Assembly (NCBI RefSeq): GCF_006345805.1
Contig: NC_043017.1
Coordinates: forward strand, 30,876,001-30,940,000
Source of the DNA: Octopus sinensis
Lineage: Eukaryota
Reading direction: 5' to 3'
Length of the DNA: 64,000 bases
This document shows positions 12,796 to 26,510 of the stretch, one piece after another (positions within the stretch are counted from its first letter, which is position 1; each line of letters opens with the position of its first letter). Position numbers and translations under genes: made by a program. Below the pieces are notes generated by a model that worked only from the letters and a program-made list of their open reading frames with translations, made no database searches and was not told the DNA's origin.

Positions 12796-13440
12796 CTCTG
12801 AGAACTAACTTAAGAGTATGCATGTCTCTGGTGTACTCAACCACTTGCACTTCAATTTCACAAGTTGGGTGTTCCGTTGGTCGGCTGAACTAAATCACGG
12901 TCGCCGTAAACGACGAAGAGCATCAGCTAAGAAGAGTATTTTGTACAAGAAGAGTCTGAAAGTGATTCTAAACTCGGGATTCGTTTTCACAATTCAGCGA
13001 ACAGCAAACGAATAAATATATCTTGGTCAAACATCGAGTAAAAATACATTTTTACTTCATATATAATTCTCCAAATGTGCACAGTAGGAATCCAGATGCG
13101 ATGCTAAAACATGGGACAAAAATAAAAACAAAGAACTTGAACTCATACCTACAATGCAAGACAAGAAAGAGAAAAACCATATCTACGCATATTTGTGAAC
13201 AGAGCCATACGCAAATCCACATATCCAGCGACAGTCAAATATTTCTTAAATTTCTTAAATAGGTTTAGCTGAGAGACCAGCATTTTGCCCTGTCACTATA
13301 AATTAAGAAGAATAAATGATTTTCAAAGATCGGAAATGACAACTAACATCTATGGACAATTTTAATAATAATCATGAATAGGCTTGTTATATATATATAT
13401 ATTATATATATATATACACATATATATATATACACACACA

Positions 13441-13479
<39 letters not shown>

Positions 13480-14310
13480 TGTGTATAGATATAACATATT
13501 TATGTTATACATGTATATACATATATATATATTTATATATACATATATACATGCATACATATATATACACATATATGTATGTATATGTGTATATATATGT
13601 ATTTATGTATATTTATGTGTGTAAGATAAAATATTACCATATATAACATATTTAATTCGTAGGTATACATCCGTGAATTTCATGTGCCAGAATGTAGTAT
13701 ATATATATACATATACACTTGGGGCGGGGTATACATTTGTGTTTATATTCGTATGAGTGCGCATATGTTTGTGCGCGTCTCTGTGTGTAAGTGCGCGTTT
13801 GTGTATGTATATATATGTGTGTGTTTGTATTTGTGTATATGCTCTTGTTTCTCAATTCAGCTAATGTCATTTAACTTAAAATGACTTTTGGTATTCTTCA
13901 GCAACATTTCATTGGGAAATTTCGCTCTATCCATGTATGCTTGCTTAAATTCATTAGTTTTGTGCTAAGCCGAATTGACGTTATTAAATATGTAATCAAT
14001 TCCAAAATTTTGCGTACGTATACTCCTTAGTGTATCTCAATATATATATACAGGCATCAATAACATTTCGGGACATTTATTGCCTATCGCAGCTTACACT
14101 TCATGGGAATATTAACGCTTGTTTATATTGCAGATATATTGGTGATAATTATTTATCCATTGTTCATATAACAAATACTTGTACTACGAGCTAGAGAAGA
14201 AAGTTATAAGCTCGACCTGACAGATTTAACAGTCAAAAATCAGCCTCGGTTAACATTCTGCTGGTTGGAAATTAACCAATCTCTGTAAATAGATAAATAC
14301 ACGCACACAC

Positions 14311-14344
<34 letters not shown>

Positions 14345-14462
14345 CTCTCATTCTCTCTCTCTCACGCACACACAGACACACACATGTACACACATGCAAT
14401 CACACATTCTAACACACACACATAGATAAGAGTAAAATACTTTGATATACATATGCATAGCA

Positions 14463-14577
14463 ATCACATGGTTCCGGGTTCTGTCACACTGTGTGGCACG
14501 TTGGGCACTACTATAGCCTGGGGCCAGCCAAAGCCTTTTGAGAGGATTTTCTAAGTGGAAACTGAAAGAAGCCCGTC

Positions 14578-14612
<35 letters not shown>

Positions 14613-14778
14613 CGACGGGCTTCTTCCATTTTCCGTCTACCAAATCCACTCATAGGACTTTGGTCGGCGGCCCGAGGCTATAGTAGAAGACACTTGCCCA
14701 AGGTGCCACGGTGTGGGACTGTGCCCCGAACCATGTACTTGGTAAGCAAGCTTCTTAACCACAGCTACTCCTGCGCCT
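14463..14778. mobile_element. Two SINE A 5' halves fused in inverted orientation at (TA)n
   Basis: Plus-strand half 14463-14580, (TA)n, minus-strand half 14611-14778; no 3' halves. Confidence 0.8.
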
Positions 14779-14833
14779 ATATATATATATATATATATCT
14801 ATATATATATATATTATATATATATATATATAT

Positions 14834-14880
<47 letters not shown>

Positions 14881-15549
14881 CATGTAGATATATATATATA
14901 TTTCAAGCAATACGGCTGCAGTCGCTTTAGATACATATATATTTTTGCCTTTCGGTTGAAATATTGCTAACAAGCCACCCTTATGTGTATGTGTGTATGT
15001 GTGTATGTGTGTGTGTGTGTGTGTTTTGTGTGAATTTTCTGTTTCTTCATTTGTTGCATTTCTGTTCAAATTTCGGAAATTATTATTTAATGCAAGGCTG
15101 AGCACGCTTCTTATTTCTGTTAATTTTTTACCCAATAATTTGAGTATATATATGTGCGTGTGTATGTAAGTATATATATATATATACATATATATATATG
15201 TTTGTGTGTGTGTTTGTGTGTGTATGCTTTTCAACAACCCATACATGACTATACGCTGCGCATCGTACGGGCTACATAAAGCTCATTTATTAATTTTCTC
15301 ACGGTACGTCTCAATTGAGCGTAAGCTATGCGTTTTATCACGTAGGCTTAAACATAACTGGTGATATGACTTCTCTAACAAAATAGCTTTAGGTTTTGAT
15401 GTCAATACTGGCTGCCTTTAATGTATTCTTCTGTCATTCACTTCATAGTCGTGGTCTTCACTTCTTCTTCTTCGCGCGCACTGTAACCAGGCAAGCTAAA
15501 CCGTTATTTCCGTGCCACAGATTACACACTTCAGAAGTAAAATTGCATA

Positions 15550-15714
15550 GGCGCTGGAGTGGCTGTGTGGTAAGTAGCTTGTTTACCAACCACATTGTTC
15601 CGGGTTCAGTACCACTGCGTGACACCTTGGGCAAGTGTCTTCTACTATAGCCTGGGGCCGACCAAAGCCTTGTGAGTGGATTTGGTAGATGGAAACTGAA
15701 AGAAGCCCGTCGTA

Positions 15715-15756
<42 letters not shown>

Positions 15757-15966
15757 TGTGTGTGTTTGTGTGTCTGTTTGTCCCCCTAGCATTGCTTGAC
15801 AACCGATGCTGGTGTGTTTATGTCCCCGTTACTTAGCGGTTTGGCAAAAGAGACTGATAGAATAAGTACTGGGCTTACAAAAGAATAAGTCCCGGGGTCG
15901 ATTTGCTCGATTAAAGGCGATGCTCCAGCATGGCCGCAGTCAAATGACTGAAACAAGTAAAAAAAA
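15550..15966 (+). mobile_element. SINE family A
   Basis: Full-length. Confidence 0.9.
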
Positions 15967-16151
15967 GGGTAAAATTGCATAATTTCTACTTCTGATTGCA
16001 ACGTTTTCCAACTGATTCTAACAATACAATAATGTTACATGGCGTTCACTGTATAGAAATGAGGGAAAAAAAACTTGCTCGGCACACGACCATTTTTTAA
16101 CGTATCTATATTTGATTGTTACCACAGTCTCTTTCTTTCCATCTTTCCATA

Positions 16152-16392
16152 TACTCTTTTACTTCTTTCAGTCATTTGACTGCGGCTATGCTGGAGCACC
16201 GCCTTTAGTCGAGCAAATCGACCCCGGGACTTATTCTTTATAAGCCAAGTACTTATTCTATCGGTCTCTTTAGCCGAACCGCTAAGTGACGAGGACGTAA
16301 ACACACCAGCATCGGTTGTCAAGCAATGCTAGGAGCACAAACACAGACACACAAACACACACACAAACACAACACACACAACACACACACAC

Positions 16393-16423
<31 letters not shown>

Positions 16424-16434
16424 GTATATATATA

Positions 16435-16485
<51 letters not shown>

Positions 16486-16644
16486 GACAGGCTTCTTTGA
16501 GTTTCCGTCTACCAAATCCACTCACAAGGCATTGGTCTGCCCGGGGCCATAGCAGAAGACACTTGCCCAAGATGCCACGCAGTGGACTGAACCCAGACCC
16601 ATGTGGTTGGTTAGCAATCTACTTACCACACAGCCATTCCTGCG
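16152..16644 (-). mobile_element. SINE family A
   Basis: Full-length reverse copy with expanded microsatellite. Confidence 0.9.
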
Positions 16645-16846
16645 TATGTGTAAGGAATTTAAAATTCTATGGTACACTTCTACATCCAGATCACAGAACC
16701 GAGATGGTTTGGCACGGATGGGTTATTAAATTCGAGACAGAATCCATCCATCAATCCTCAACACTGATTAAGTCGAAGCAATTTTACTCACAAATTATGG
16801 GGCGAAACAACATTCATTTAAGATACTACCTTGCGGTATTGAACAA

Positions 16847-17076
16847 GGCGGCGAGCTGGCAGAAACGTTAGCATGCCGGGCGAAATGCTTTGCGGTATTT
16901 CGTCTGCATTACGTTGTGAGTTCAAATTCCGCCGAGGTCGACTTTGCCGTTCATCCTTTCGGGGTCGATAAATTAAGTACCAGTTACGCACTGGGGTCGA
17001 TGTAATCGACTTAATACCCATGTCTGTCCTTGTTTGTCCCCTCTGTGTTTAGCCCCTTGTGGGTAATAAAGAAATA
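16847..17076 (+). mobile_element. SINE family M with TSD GGTATTGAAC
   Basis: TSD at 16835-16844 and 17077-17086. Confidence 0.9.
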
Positions 17077-17529
17077 GGTATTGAACTCGAAGTCTCATGA
17101 ATGCGAAAAAAAATTTCCCACACCCAACGGCATTTCTTTTAAATGAATAAAAAAATTATCACGGAAATCTTCAAAAATTCTTTTAAAAACATTACTAATG
17201 ATCTGATATGATGTAGCACTTTTTTTTTTTTGTGAGAAGCCTTTAAGCTGACGTTAGCTTTCAGCACTGATGACTCGATGACAGACGTAAGTCGTTAACG
17301 GGCGAATATCTTTATCTCTTTCATCAGGCGAATAATGGTGGATAATTTCAGGAGTTTTTTTTTGATAATTTTAATTTGTTTTCAAGCAAAAATTTGAGGC
17401 GATACATTGACTGAAATTGCGATGTTTCCTTACAAAAGATATGCGCGGAGATGTGTTTGTGTAACTCCGTATGTGTGTGTGTGTTTAATTTGCGTGTAAA
17501 TAATGTATATATATATATATATTATATGC

Positions 17530-17566
<37 letters not shown>

Positions 17567-17669
17567 CACACATATATATATATACACACACATATATATA
17601 CACACACACACATATATATATACACACACATATATATATATACACACACACATATATATATACACACAC

Positions 17670-17812
<143 letters not shown>

Positions 17813-18079
17813 AAGCACATCACGACAATTCTAAGCACCACACTTACGATAATCAAGCTGTAATTTGTAACAGTGTAATCAGAAACGTATTCTTCTATTG
17901 GTATCTTTATCTTTAAACACTGAGATGTGACCCGACAGGAATTTGATTGGAATTAAATGAGAAATATAGACAACCATTTTGTCAATTTACGCAGTCAGTA
18001 AACATATTATATATGAAGTGGATTGCATTAAGAAATAAACAATACAGAAATATTGGAGTGTTATACTCACTCATCACAA

Positions 18080-18978
18080 AGTCTCTCGATGGTTTCGATG
18101 TTCTCAGAAGAAAAAGAGCAGAACCTGGAGTCAAGTTTGGAAAGACGGAGAAGTACACCAGTTACACCAAAGTTACTTTTAAATCTAGACGATTTGTGCT
18201 CTGATCTTAAAGAGAAACATGGGCCAAAGGAAGTGCTCAACAGCCTAGAATTTGAAGTTTTGAAGATGGCTTTCACTGTAACTCAGATAAGAATGAATAT
18301 CAGACGTCCAATACATGGCGGCGAGCCGGCAGTAACGTTAGCACTCCGGGCGAAATGCTTAGCGGTATTTCGTCTGTCGTTACGTTCCGAGTTCAAATTC
18401 CGCCGAGGTCAACTTTGCCTTTCATCCTTTCGGGGGTCGATAAATTAAGTACCAGTTACGCACTGGGGTTGATGTAATCGACTTAATCCCTTTGTCTGTC
18501 CTTGTTTGTCCCCTCTGTGTTTAGCCACTTGTAGGTAGTAAAGAAATATATCAGACGTTCAATCAAAATCCCGAGGAAGCAAATCGCCCGTTTGCAAGAA
18601 ACGGAAAAGAACTTAAAGACGTTTCTAAATTCAAGTACATTGGTGCTTGTATGTAAAGTATTGTAAAGGACTTTGTTGCTGGAAGGTATTTGCTTGGGGC
18701 GCCTGTCACAAACTGCATAAAATCTAAAGTTCTAAGATGGCGTTTAAATTGAAAACTAAGTCTCTTGCCTCCCCGATTGAGTCAGTTTTGTTATAGTGCT
18801 GAAACGTAGACCCTCACCAAAAAGCTTGTAAAATAAATAGACGGCTGCTTCACATAAATGTTAAAGAATAGCTCTAAATATTACATTGAGAGGTCATTTA
18901 ACCAACAAGCAGCTTTATCGAATCTGCCTAATTACTTTAATTAATGTCCTGTGTGTGTGTTTAATGTGCGTGTAAATA

Positions 18979-19031
<53 letters not shown>

Positions 19032-19089
19032 TATATATGCATATATATGATTTTAATATATATTATATATGCATATATTATATTATATA

Positions 19090-19147
<58 letters not shown>

Positions 19148-19500
19148 CAATATATAATATACACACACACACATACACACACACACACACACACACAATA
19201 CATATATATATATATATATATATGCAAAGCACATCACGACAATTCTAAGCACCACGCTTACGATAATCAAGGTGTAATTTGTAACAGTGTAATCTGAGAA
19301 GATTCAGCAGGGGAAAATGAGGATTGCTATTCGTTGAGTCAAACACACAGAGTCATCTGGTCTTATTGCAGTCAGTTGAAACAAGAGTCACTAAGGAAAG
19401 AAAACGATTAACCTATGTGGAATTAAGAACATGCAAGGGGGGAAGCTGGTCGAACAGTGCGCTCACGTGAAATCATTGAAGTTTCCGACATGACGGCCAA
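18080..19500 (+). pseudogene. RTE-clade LINE RT remnant interrupted by a SINE and a templated insertion
   Basis: LERRRSTPVTPKLLLNLDD..VLNSLEFE../FNQN..GKELKDVSKFKYIG..AWGACHKL..ET*TLTKKL..IDGCFT*ML../[12 protein letters not shown] across frameshifts. Confidence 0.75.
18308..18547 (+). mobile_element. SINE family M inserted in the RTE remnant
   Basis: TSD ATATCAGACGT at 18297-18307 and 18548-18558. Confidence 0.9.
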
Positions 19501-20374
19501 ACTAAAAATACATAAACTGTTGTGTGAGTGATTGTATAATAGGTGACACTGAAAAGACGCAGTTTTTTCTTCTGCACTTTAAATCATCATCAGTACCAGA
19601 TACAGGACTTAAAAATCTATAACTTACATAATGCTGCGTGACGTTTACGGAACACCTTCCCGTTATATTATTCATTGTGAGAGGTGAGCGGATAATCACG
19701 TCCTCTTCTAATAGTTATCACGTTATCCAATTCTTAGCTAAGATCGATATTAGAAAGATCTTAGAGAAATTTCTCCTGCGTGGCACCTTGGGGGCAAGTG
19801 TGTTCTACTGTAGTCTCCGGCCGACCAAAGTCTTGCAAAAGATACTTGTTAGACGGAAGCTGAAAGAAGCCCATCGTATATTCATATTTTTGTATATGTG
19901 TATGTCTGTGCATGCGTGTATGTATCAGCGCGTGTGTCTGTGTCTGTCTCCCATCAGCGCTCGAAAACCGCTATTGGTGCTTTTTACTCTTTTGCTTGTT
20001 TCAGTCTTCAGAACGGATAACAATATCCTAATACAATCTCAGAAAAGACTCATGGTCGTGTCATTTTCTTTAAATGCTTGCTGAATTAGAGGTAGGTTAA
20101 CGTAAACTTATTATTGAAAACTGTTGAACTCGGAGTGAGATACCTATGCGGGTAACACCACATTTTGAACATATGTATGCAAATACCTTACTGAAACTCA
20201 CAAGTACACACATGCAAAAGGACAGAAAACAATGCACACGCACATACCTCACCATGCTCAATCGAATGAACATACATGCACACAAGCGCATGCGCATATA
20301 TATATGTAGTTGTATTTATGCGTGTGCGTGTCTGAGTATACATATACATGTATATATATGTTTATTTATATATG

Positions 20375-20421
<47 letters not shown>

Positions 20422-20759
20422 GTATATATATATATATATGTATACGTATATATATATATTTCTTCCAGGGGATCTAATGCCCTTGGCTTAGATTTCCCTT
20501 GGCGGGCTGGCCATATCGGAGCAATCTCAAGATTAATCAGCCGAAATTGCTAAGATGATCTGGTTCTTGACTGATGACTGAGGGCTTCGAATGTCCCGTC
20601 CTGTGGTTCTTGTGTCGTCTCTGTGTTGTTTCATGTTCTTGTCCATGTCTGTAATTATTTTTACTGTTTACCTATATGTATATTATATATGTATGTATAT
20701 ATATAATATATATATATATATGTATATATATTATATATATAATATATATATATATATAT

Positions 20760-20793
<34 letters not shown>

Positions 20794-21004
20794 AAATTAG
20801 AAAAAAAACACCTTTAATCAATTCAAAATGAACAATTAAATTACACCATTAGAAAATTACATTTTATATATATATTATATTGTGTGAAATTTGATTTAGT
20901 ATTTCTAAATTGAATTTTTCCTTGTTAGTTTAGATTTTATTCCCTAAAATAATAATAATTATATATATATATGTATATATATATATATGTATATATACAC
21001 ACAC

Positions 21005-21081
<77 letters not shown>

Positions 21082-21114
21082 GTACCAATAAAATAGATCT
21101 AAAACAAAATATTT

Positions 21115-21170
21115 GTTTATGTACCCGTAGAGACCCAGAGAATGGGTCGAAACATGTGTCCTACTAAATG
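21115..21170 (+). ncRNA. Hammerhead-like motif with CCGUAGA core
   Basis: GUAC [CCGUAGA] GACCC-AGAGAAU-GGGUC [GAAA] CAUGUGUC^CUAC; perfect 5-bp stem II; C.C mismatch at the base of stem I. Confidence 0.55.
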
Positions 21171-22759
21171 AAATCTGTTTCTTTTTTGTTACCATCTATT
21201 TTATAAATACTGTTACCTGAACCGCTTCTACGAATCATGATGACGATGACGATTAGTGCAGGTTTTAACATTATTATCACTCTGAATATTCTTAGTATGA
21301 CTATCGTTTCTCAATTACTTACCTGTGCTCTAAATGAATTTGTATACAAAAGTTTGACCGACATCGTGAGAGGATTACATAACACATTTACATAATCATA
21401 ATACTAACAATTATGCTACTAAAATACAAACAACAAGAGTAATAAATATACTAGTACTAACATTAGTCATACGTATGATTATTACTATCAATAAGACATA
21501 TAGTAAGAGGCCAGCAGTAGTAGTTCTAATACTGGATCTTAGTCGTATCATTATTTTTGTTAGGATTATTATCATTGATATCAATTTCTTACTATGTACA
21601 ATATTATTTTTTATTGAAACCATTTTCCATTCATTATTGATTTGGAGGATTAGACGAAATTCATATTTTACAATAGTCTAGAAAAATATCAGGCAAATGA
21701 GATCTACGTTTTGTCTTGTTTTGCTTTGGCAACTTTTGTTATTTACACAGATAATGTAGAATTGCTTATATGACTTAGGAGGACAAGAACGATCACAATA
21801 TAGACACAACTTCGGAAACCTAAGAAAAAAAAATTAACTGCAATCAACAATGGCAAATGAGATAATTGGATAGAAGTCAGTGCAAGACACAAACACTGAC
21901 ACAAATATTCTACGAATCTGTAGGTGGAGCATTTGTCCGTGTACATACACATACACATATATACGTATGTGTGTGTATACATATATATGCGTGTGTATAA
22001 ATACACACATATATATACGTATATATGCATATATATGTGTATATATATATATCTATCTATCTCTCTCTCTGTATATATATATATATGTGTGTATATATAT
22101 ATGTATATATATATATAAATGTATGTATATATATGTATATATATATATATGTATATCTATATATATATGTGTATATATATATTATACAGGTATATATATA
22201 CGCATATATATACATAGATATATGCATATATATATATATACATACATATAAGCATGTATATATGTTCAGAATACGCATTTATACACAGACATATGTATAT
22301 ATATATATATATATATATACGCGTGTGTGAGAGTGCGTGTGCGTGTATGTAAGTATATGTATAGAAAATATTTTTATTCACCATTACACATGTTTCATAT
22401 GCTAATAGAAGTTAGAAAATTGTTCATGTAGAAATAACTTTTAAGGCGCCTATCAGAAATTTATCAAAAAGAGAATCAATTATATATAAACGAATGAATC
22501 AATGAATGAACGGACAGTCGGATGGGAGGAGGGATAGATTGCATGGACAGATGGATGAGGTATGTGGAGAAATTTGTTGAACTCAGGTTCCATTCCTAAA
22601 CATATTTTCTACTAGTTTTTCATCCCAGCTTTTAAAAAGGGAATGGAAATATGTCCTTCACAGTAAATGTTGATGTGATGTCAACAAACGTTTCTCATTT
22701 TCTTAACTCACACGAGTTTCTGGTGCAATCAAAAATAACAGCTTTCCTTGAGAAAAATC

Positions 22760-23640
22760 TAGTTCCACACAATGTGGTTTTCGCATTAGCAGAGAGACCC
22801 TAGCCAACGATTCCATCTCTTTGATAACATTTGAAACGCTCTCCAAAAGATTTACAGCTCATATATCACTTGCGGTTTTTTCAGGAAGTCTTTCAGTCGA
22901 GTAGGTCAGAGAAGGCTGCTGACAAACGTTTACAGGTCGAAGTGCCTGTAAGCTACAGCAGTGTATTAAGGGATTCTTGATAAACAGAATCCAAAATGTG
23001 ATCAGTGGAATGTTTCTAAAAATCTGCAAGTGCCATTTGTGGTTTCACCTCATCGTAGTGCATTTGGGCCACTTCACTTCATTAATTGTATAAACGCCAA
23101 TGGCAATTCTATGAAACTTACTAAATCAAATATCTCTACATGAAATTCAAATCTCCAGAAAGTTATCGAGAATGTATTTGATAGAACAGGACAAGAAACA
23201 AAAACAGGCGCAGTGCTTCGATGGGCGAAAATTCGATCGCATTCATCTTTGCTAAGTCATATATTTAAATAGTCACTTCCATCAGCCAGCTTCTTGCAGT
23301 ATTAAATAACATGAGATACGTAGATAGAACTGTGCACAACAACAGAAACACATGTGCAATAAAGTCGATGAGGCCCGCAAATATGCCCATAAATCCTTAG
23401 AATATTCTAGTCCAGATGCATTGACATCATTTTCCTCTGCTCTATCTTTTAATGATCTCACCGTGAAAATCACTGCTTCCTATGGTTTCCATAGACAAAT
23501 CAAAACATTATGAGCCATGAAGATCCCAAAGGATCGTTCGCAATGATAAAGAAATAAATGCTGTGGCAAGACTTGACTATTAGTATCGCCTCTCAAATGC
23601 ACAAACTTTATTTTCTCCTACCCATCGTGAGCACTACGTT
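22760..23640 (+). pseudogene. Possible highly decayed RTE-like RT remnant
   Basis: Faint motifs QCGFRISRET, DGRKF, KIPKDRS in roughly RT order; many stops. Confidence 0.3.
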
Positions 23641-23949
23641 GCTTGTCAATATTGATCGAATGATAAGGTGGTGAGATGGCAGAATCGTTATTACGTCAGG
23701 AAAAAATGTTTAGCTTTATATCGTCCCTCTTCATGTTTTGGATTCAAATTCCAGCCCGAAAAACTTTGCATTTCATCTTCTCGGGTCGATAAAATAAGTA
23801 CCTGTCGATCACTGGTGATGACCTGATCGACTTAACCCTCCCCTAAATTGCTGCCCTTGTGACAAAATTTGAAGCCCATATAGTTCAAACGATGCTAGTA
23901 TCAATTTCATGACATTAAAGAATTGGCTCCAGAACCATCTACGAAAATA

Positions 23950-24110
23950 TTTTATTAGGAACACTAAATTATTTCAATCGGTTATGACTTTTTCAACATT
24001 TTTCCGAAACAAACCATAGAAGAAAAAGATCACAGAACCACAGACAGTACCTGGACAAACTACTGCAAGAAATGTCAGAGTGGCCACCAACTATTGACAC
24101 CTGGATGAAT
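23950..24110 (+). pseudogene. Possible decayed CR1-like 3' end
   Basis: FNIFPKQTIEEKD...YLDKLLQEMSEWPPT resembles CR1 C-terminal text. Confidence 0.35.
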
Positions 24111-26510
24111 CTTGTCTACCGATATTTCCAAATTGAAGTTACTATCATATCCGAGTGGTCACCAACTATTGACACCTGGATGAATCTCGACTACCGATAT
24201 TTCTAAATTGAGGTTGCTATCATATCCGAAAGAAATGTTTTATATTAGTTTAAAATTTTGGTAAAATACCCGCAATTTTGTGGAAGGGGTAAGTCGATTG
24301 CATTGACCGCAGTACCCAACTGGCACTTAATAAGTACCAGTTTTATAGACCCTTGAAAGGATGAAAAGCAAAGTCGATCTCGGCAGAATATGAAATAAAG
24401 ACGGACGAAATGCCGATAAGCATTTTATCCCGTGTGTTAACAATTCTGTTAGCTCAACGCTCTATTATATGTTATATATTAAATTGCATTTATCGTAGAT
24501 TTTAGATAGCGATGTATCATTATGCGCGTGCTAAGGTTTTTGTAAAAATCTAGGGATTAAAACAATGTAGGAAAGATATTTCACTGGTTTAATTTGGCGC
24601 ATTATACCAGCTAAGTTCTGATAATTTTTTACGCAGGAAGAGTTGCTGATAACGTTTCAATTACCTTTTACAGTATGTTGAGAATTAGCCACGAATGTTG
24701 ATATGGTGAAATTAGAATTACACGTATCTTATGAAAATTTTAAGTAAATGATAAATTTCATTATATTAATTTCTTTAGTGGGTATATAGTGGGAGATGTT
24801 TCTCCATGAGCTTAATACTTAGAACTTCTGAAGCGCCGATTCTATCATTCAAGTTCTACCTTTCTTTTCCATGTGTGGTACGTGTTAATTCCCATTTAAT
24901 TAGTGTTTCATTTTTATGTGTAATGATTTCGGATGAAGGCTATCTTAATCACTACATGATGAAATTAAAGAATATCAATGATAACATTCCACTACACTGT
25001 TGCAAAATTTCGGGGAGTTAAAATATTTTTGAACACATTGCAGATAGCAGGTTTTGTAAAGTGTATGTTTATGCTGTGAATTATCTACCTTTAGAGTGAC
25101 ATTTAAAATGTTGATGATGTTAAATTGACCTTCATTTCACTTTTTAAAAGGATATCATAGCTATTACGGAATCTATATGATCGAGAAGACTCCTAAATGC
25201 CAAAGATCAATTTATTGTCCAAAGCATTTATCATAACAAATTCGATATTTTCCCTCCGATCTTATAATCACATTGATTATCATAGTTGAATATTTCACGT
25301 TCATTATAGAACTGTCACAAACAATAATAGATATTCTTGCATGGTTTATAATGCCAATGTTTGTATTTTTATGAAAATAATGGAGTTTCATAGTTGAGGG
25401 CAGCTGTAAAAGTCGGTTCAGTTATATCAAGCGTGTAATTCTCAGCCCTAAATTGGATGATGTAATACTCGATTTGTTATAATCTTCCATTGCATTAAAA
25501 TACTATAGAGCAGAATATGCAGTATACGAAAAAGATATATCGGATTTGTACTTAATGTAGGATGCAGGATTTCTAACATATTTTATTGATTATACCAAGA
25601 ACATCTATCGTTTCGTTAAAATGCCGTGTTTAGGTATGGATTTAAAGTTAGATGCACTGTTATTACATGTAAAACACGTTTCTTCTGAAATCAAAACATA
25701 CATGCAAGGCATCTATCTCACTTAAGATTTACGACATTATTCTAGCTCTTGGATCTGTATTTAAGCTCTAGACTTAACTTTCTAGACTAGCTTCCTTCCT
25801 CCGACATTGATTTGTCATTATTTCCATGTTTACAATCCTTCCCTCTAGCTTATGTCGTATAACATAAATTTTATTTTATCTTCTTTAACGTATTTGTAGC
25901 AATTTAAACATACTTGTTTATTTATTTATCTTACGTTTGTCACTCTTATACTTTGTTGTGTATATGGCATTATTTTTCATATAATTTGGGGAAATAAATC
26001 GTATATCTTCGCTATTCTAATCTTTAAGTTCCTATATTTTCAAAGAGTTTTGCTTCTCTTTTGTTTAAATTATATAAAATATTATATAATTAGATATGTA
26101 ATTTCACAACACATATGTAAGACAATAATACATCATTTTATTTAAAATAGATGTATTTATTATATACAATATTCACAGATTTTATATTTTAACAACAATT
26201 TATAATTACAAAGAGCCAATCCTATCGGCAATCCAAAGCTATATTTTCTTTATACTGTTTGACGTAAGATCTCTGATATTCTCTTGAGTTTTTCTTCGCG
26301 CATAACGATTTGTTCTTTAGAAATTAAACGAAACCTTACTTCACATATTTCTTTTAATGAGCTGATTGTCCCATTAGATACACATGTTTTACATATGATA
26401 CTTTGACATCCAATAATTTTTTTATTAGACAATTACTTGTATTTGATACATTTTTTTCTTTTAGTTAATTTTCTAAGATTACGTTTTTTGTGGCTTAGCA
26501 TTATTTTGCG

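Noticed and set aside
17268-17300. CTGATGA motif followed by CTCGATGACAGACGTA
   Set aside because: No GAAA and no closing stems; not a credible hammerhead. Similar failures at about 19590, 6565 and 33220.
21230-21700. Hydrophobic Ile-rich ORFs resembling membrane proteins
   Set aside because: Decayed (ATT/AAT/AGT)n trinucleotide repeat.
23282-23473. Minus-strand ORF ..KDLWAYLRASSTLLHMCFCCC..
   Set aside because: Lies antisense to faint RTE-like motifs, and the + strand has an equally long open frame; neither is supported as a host exon.
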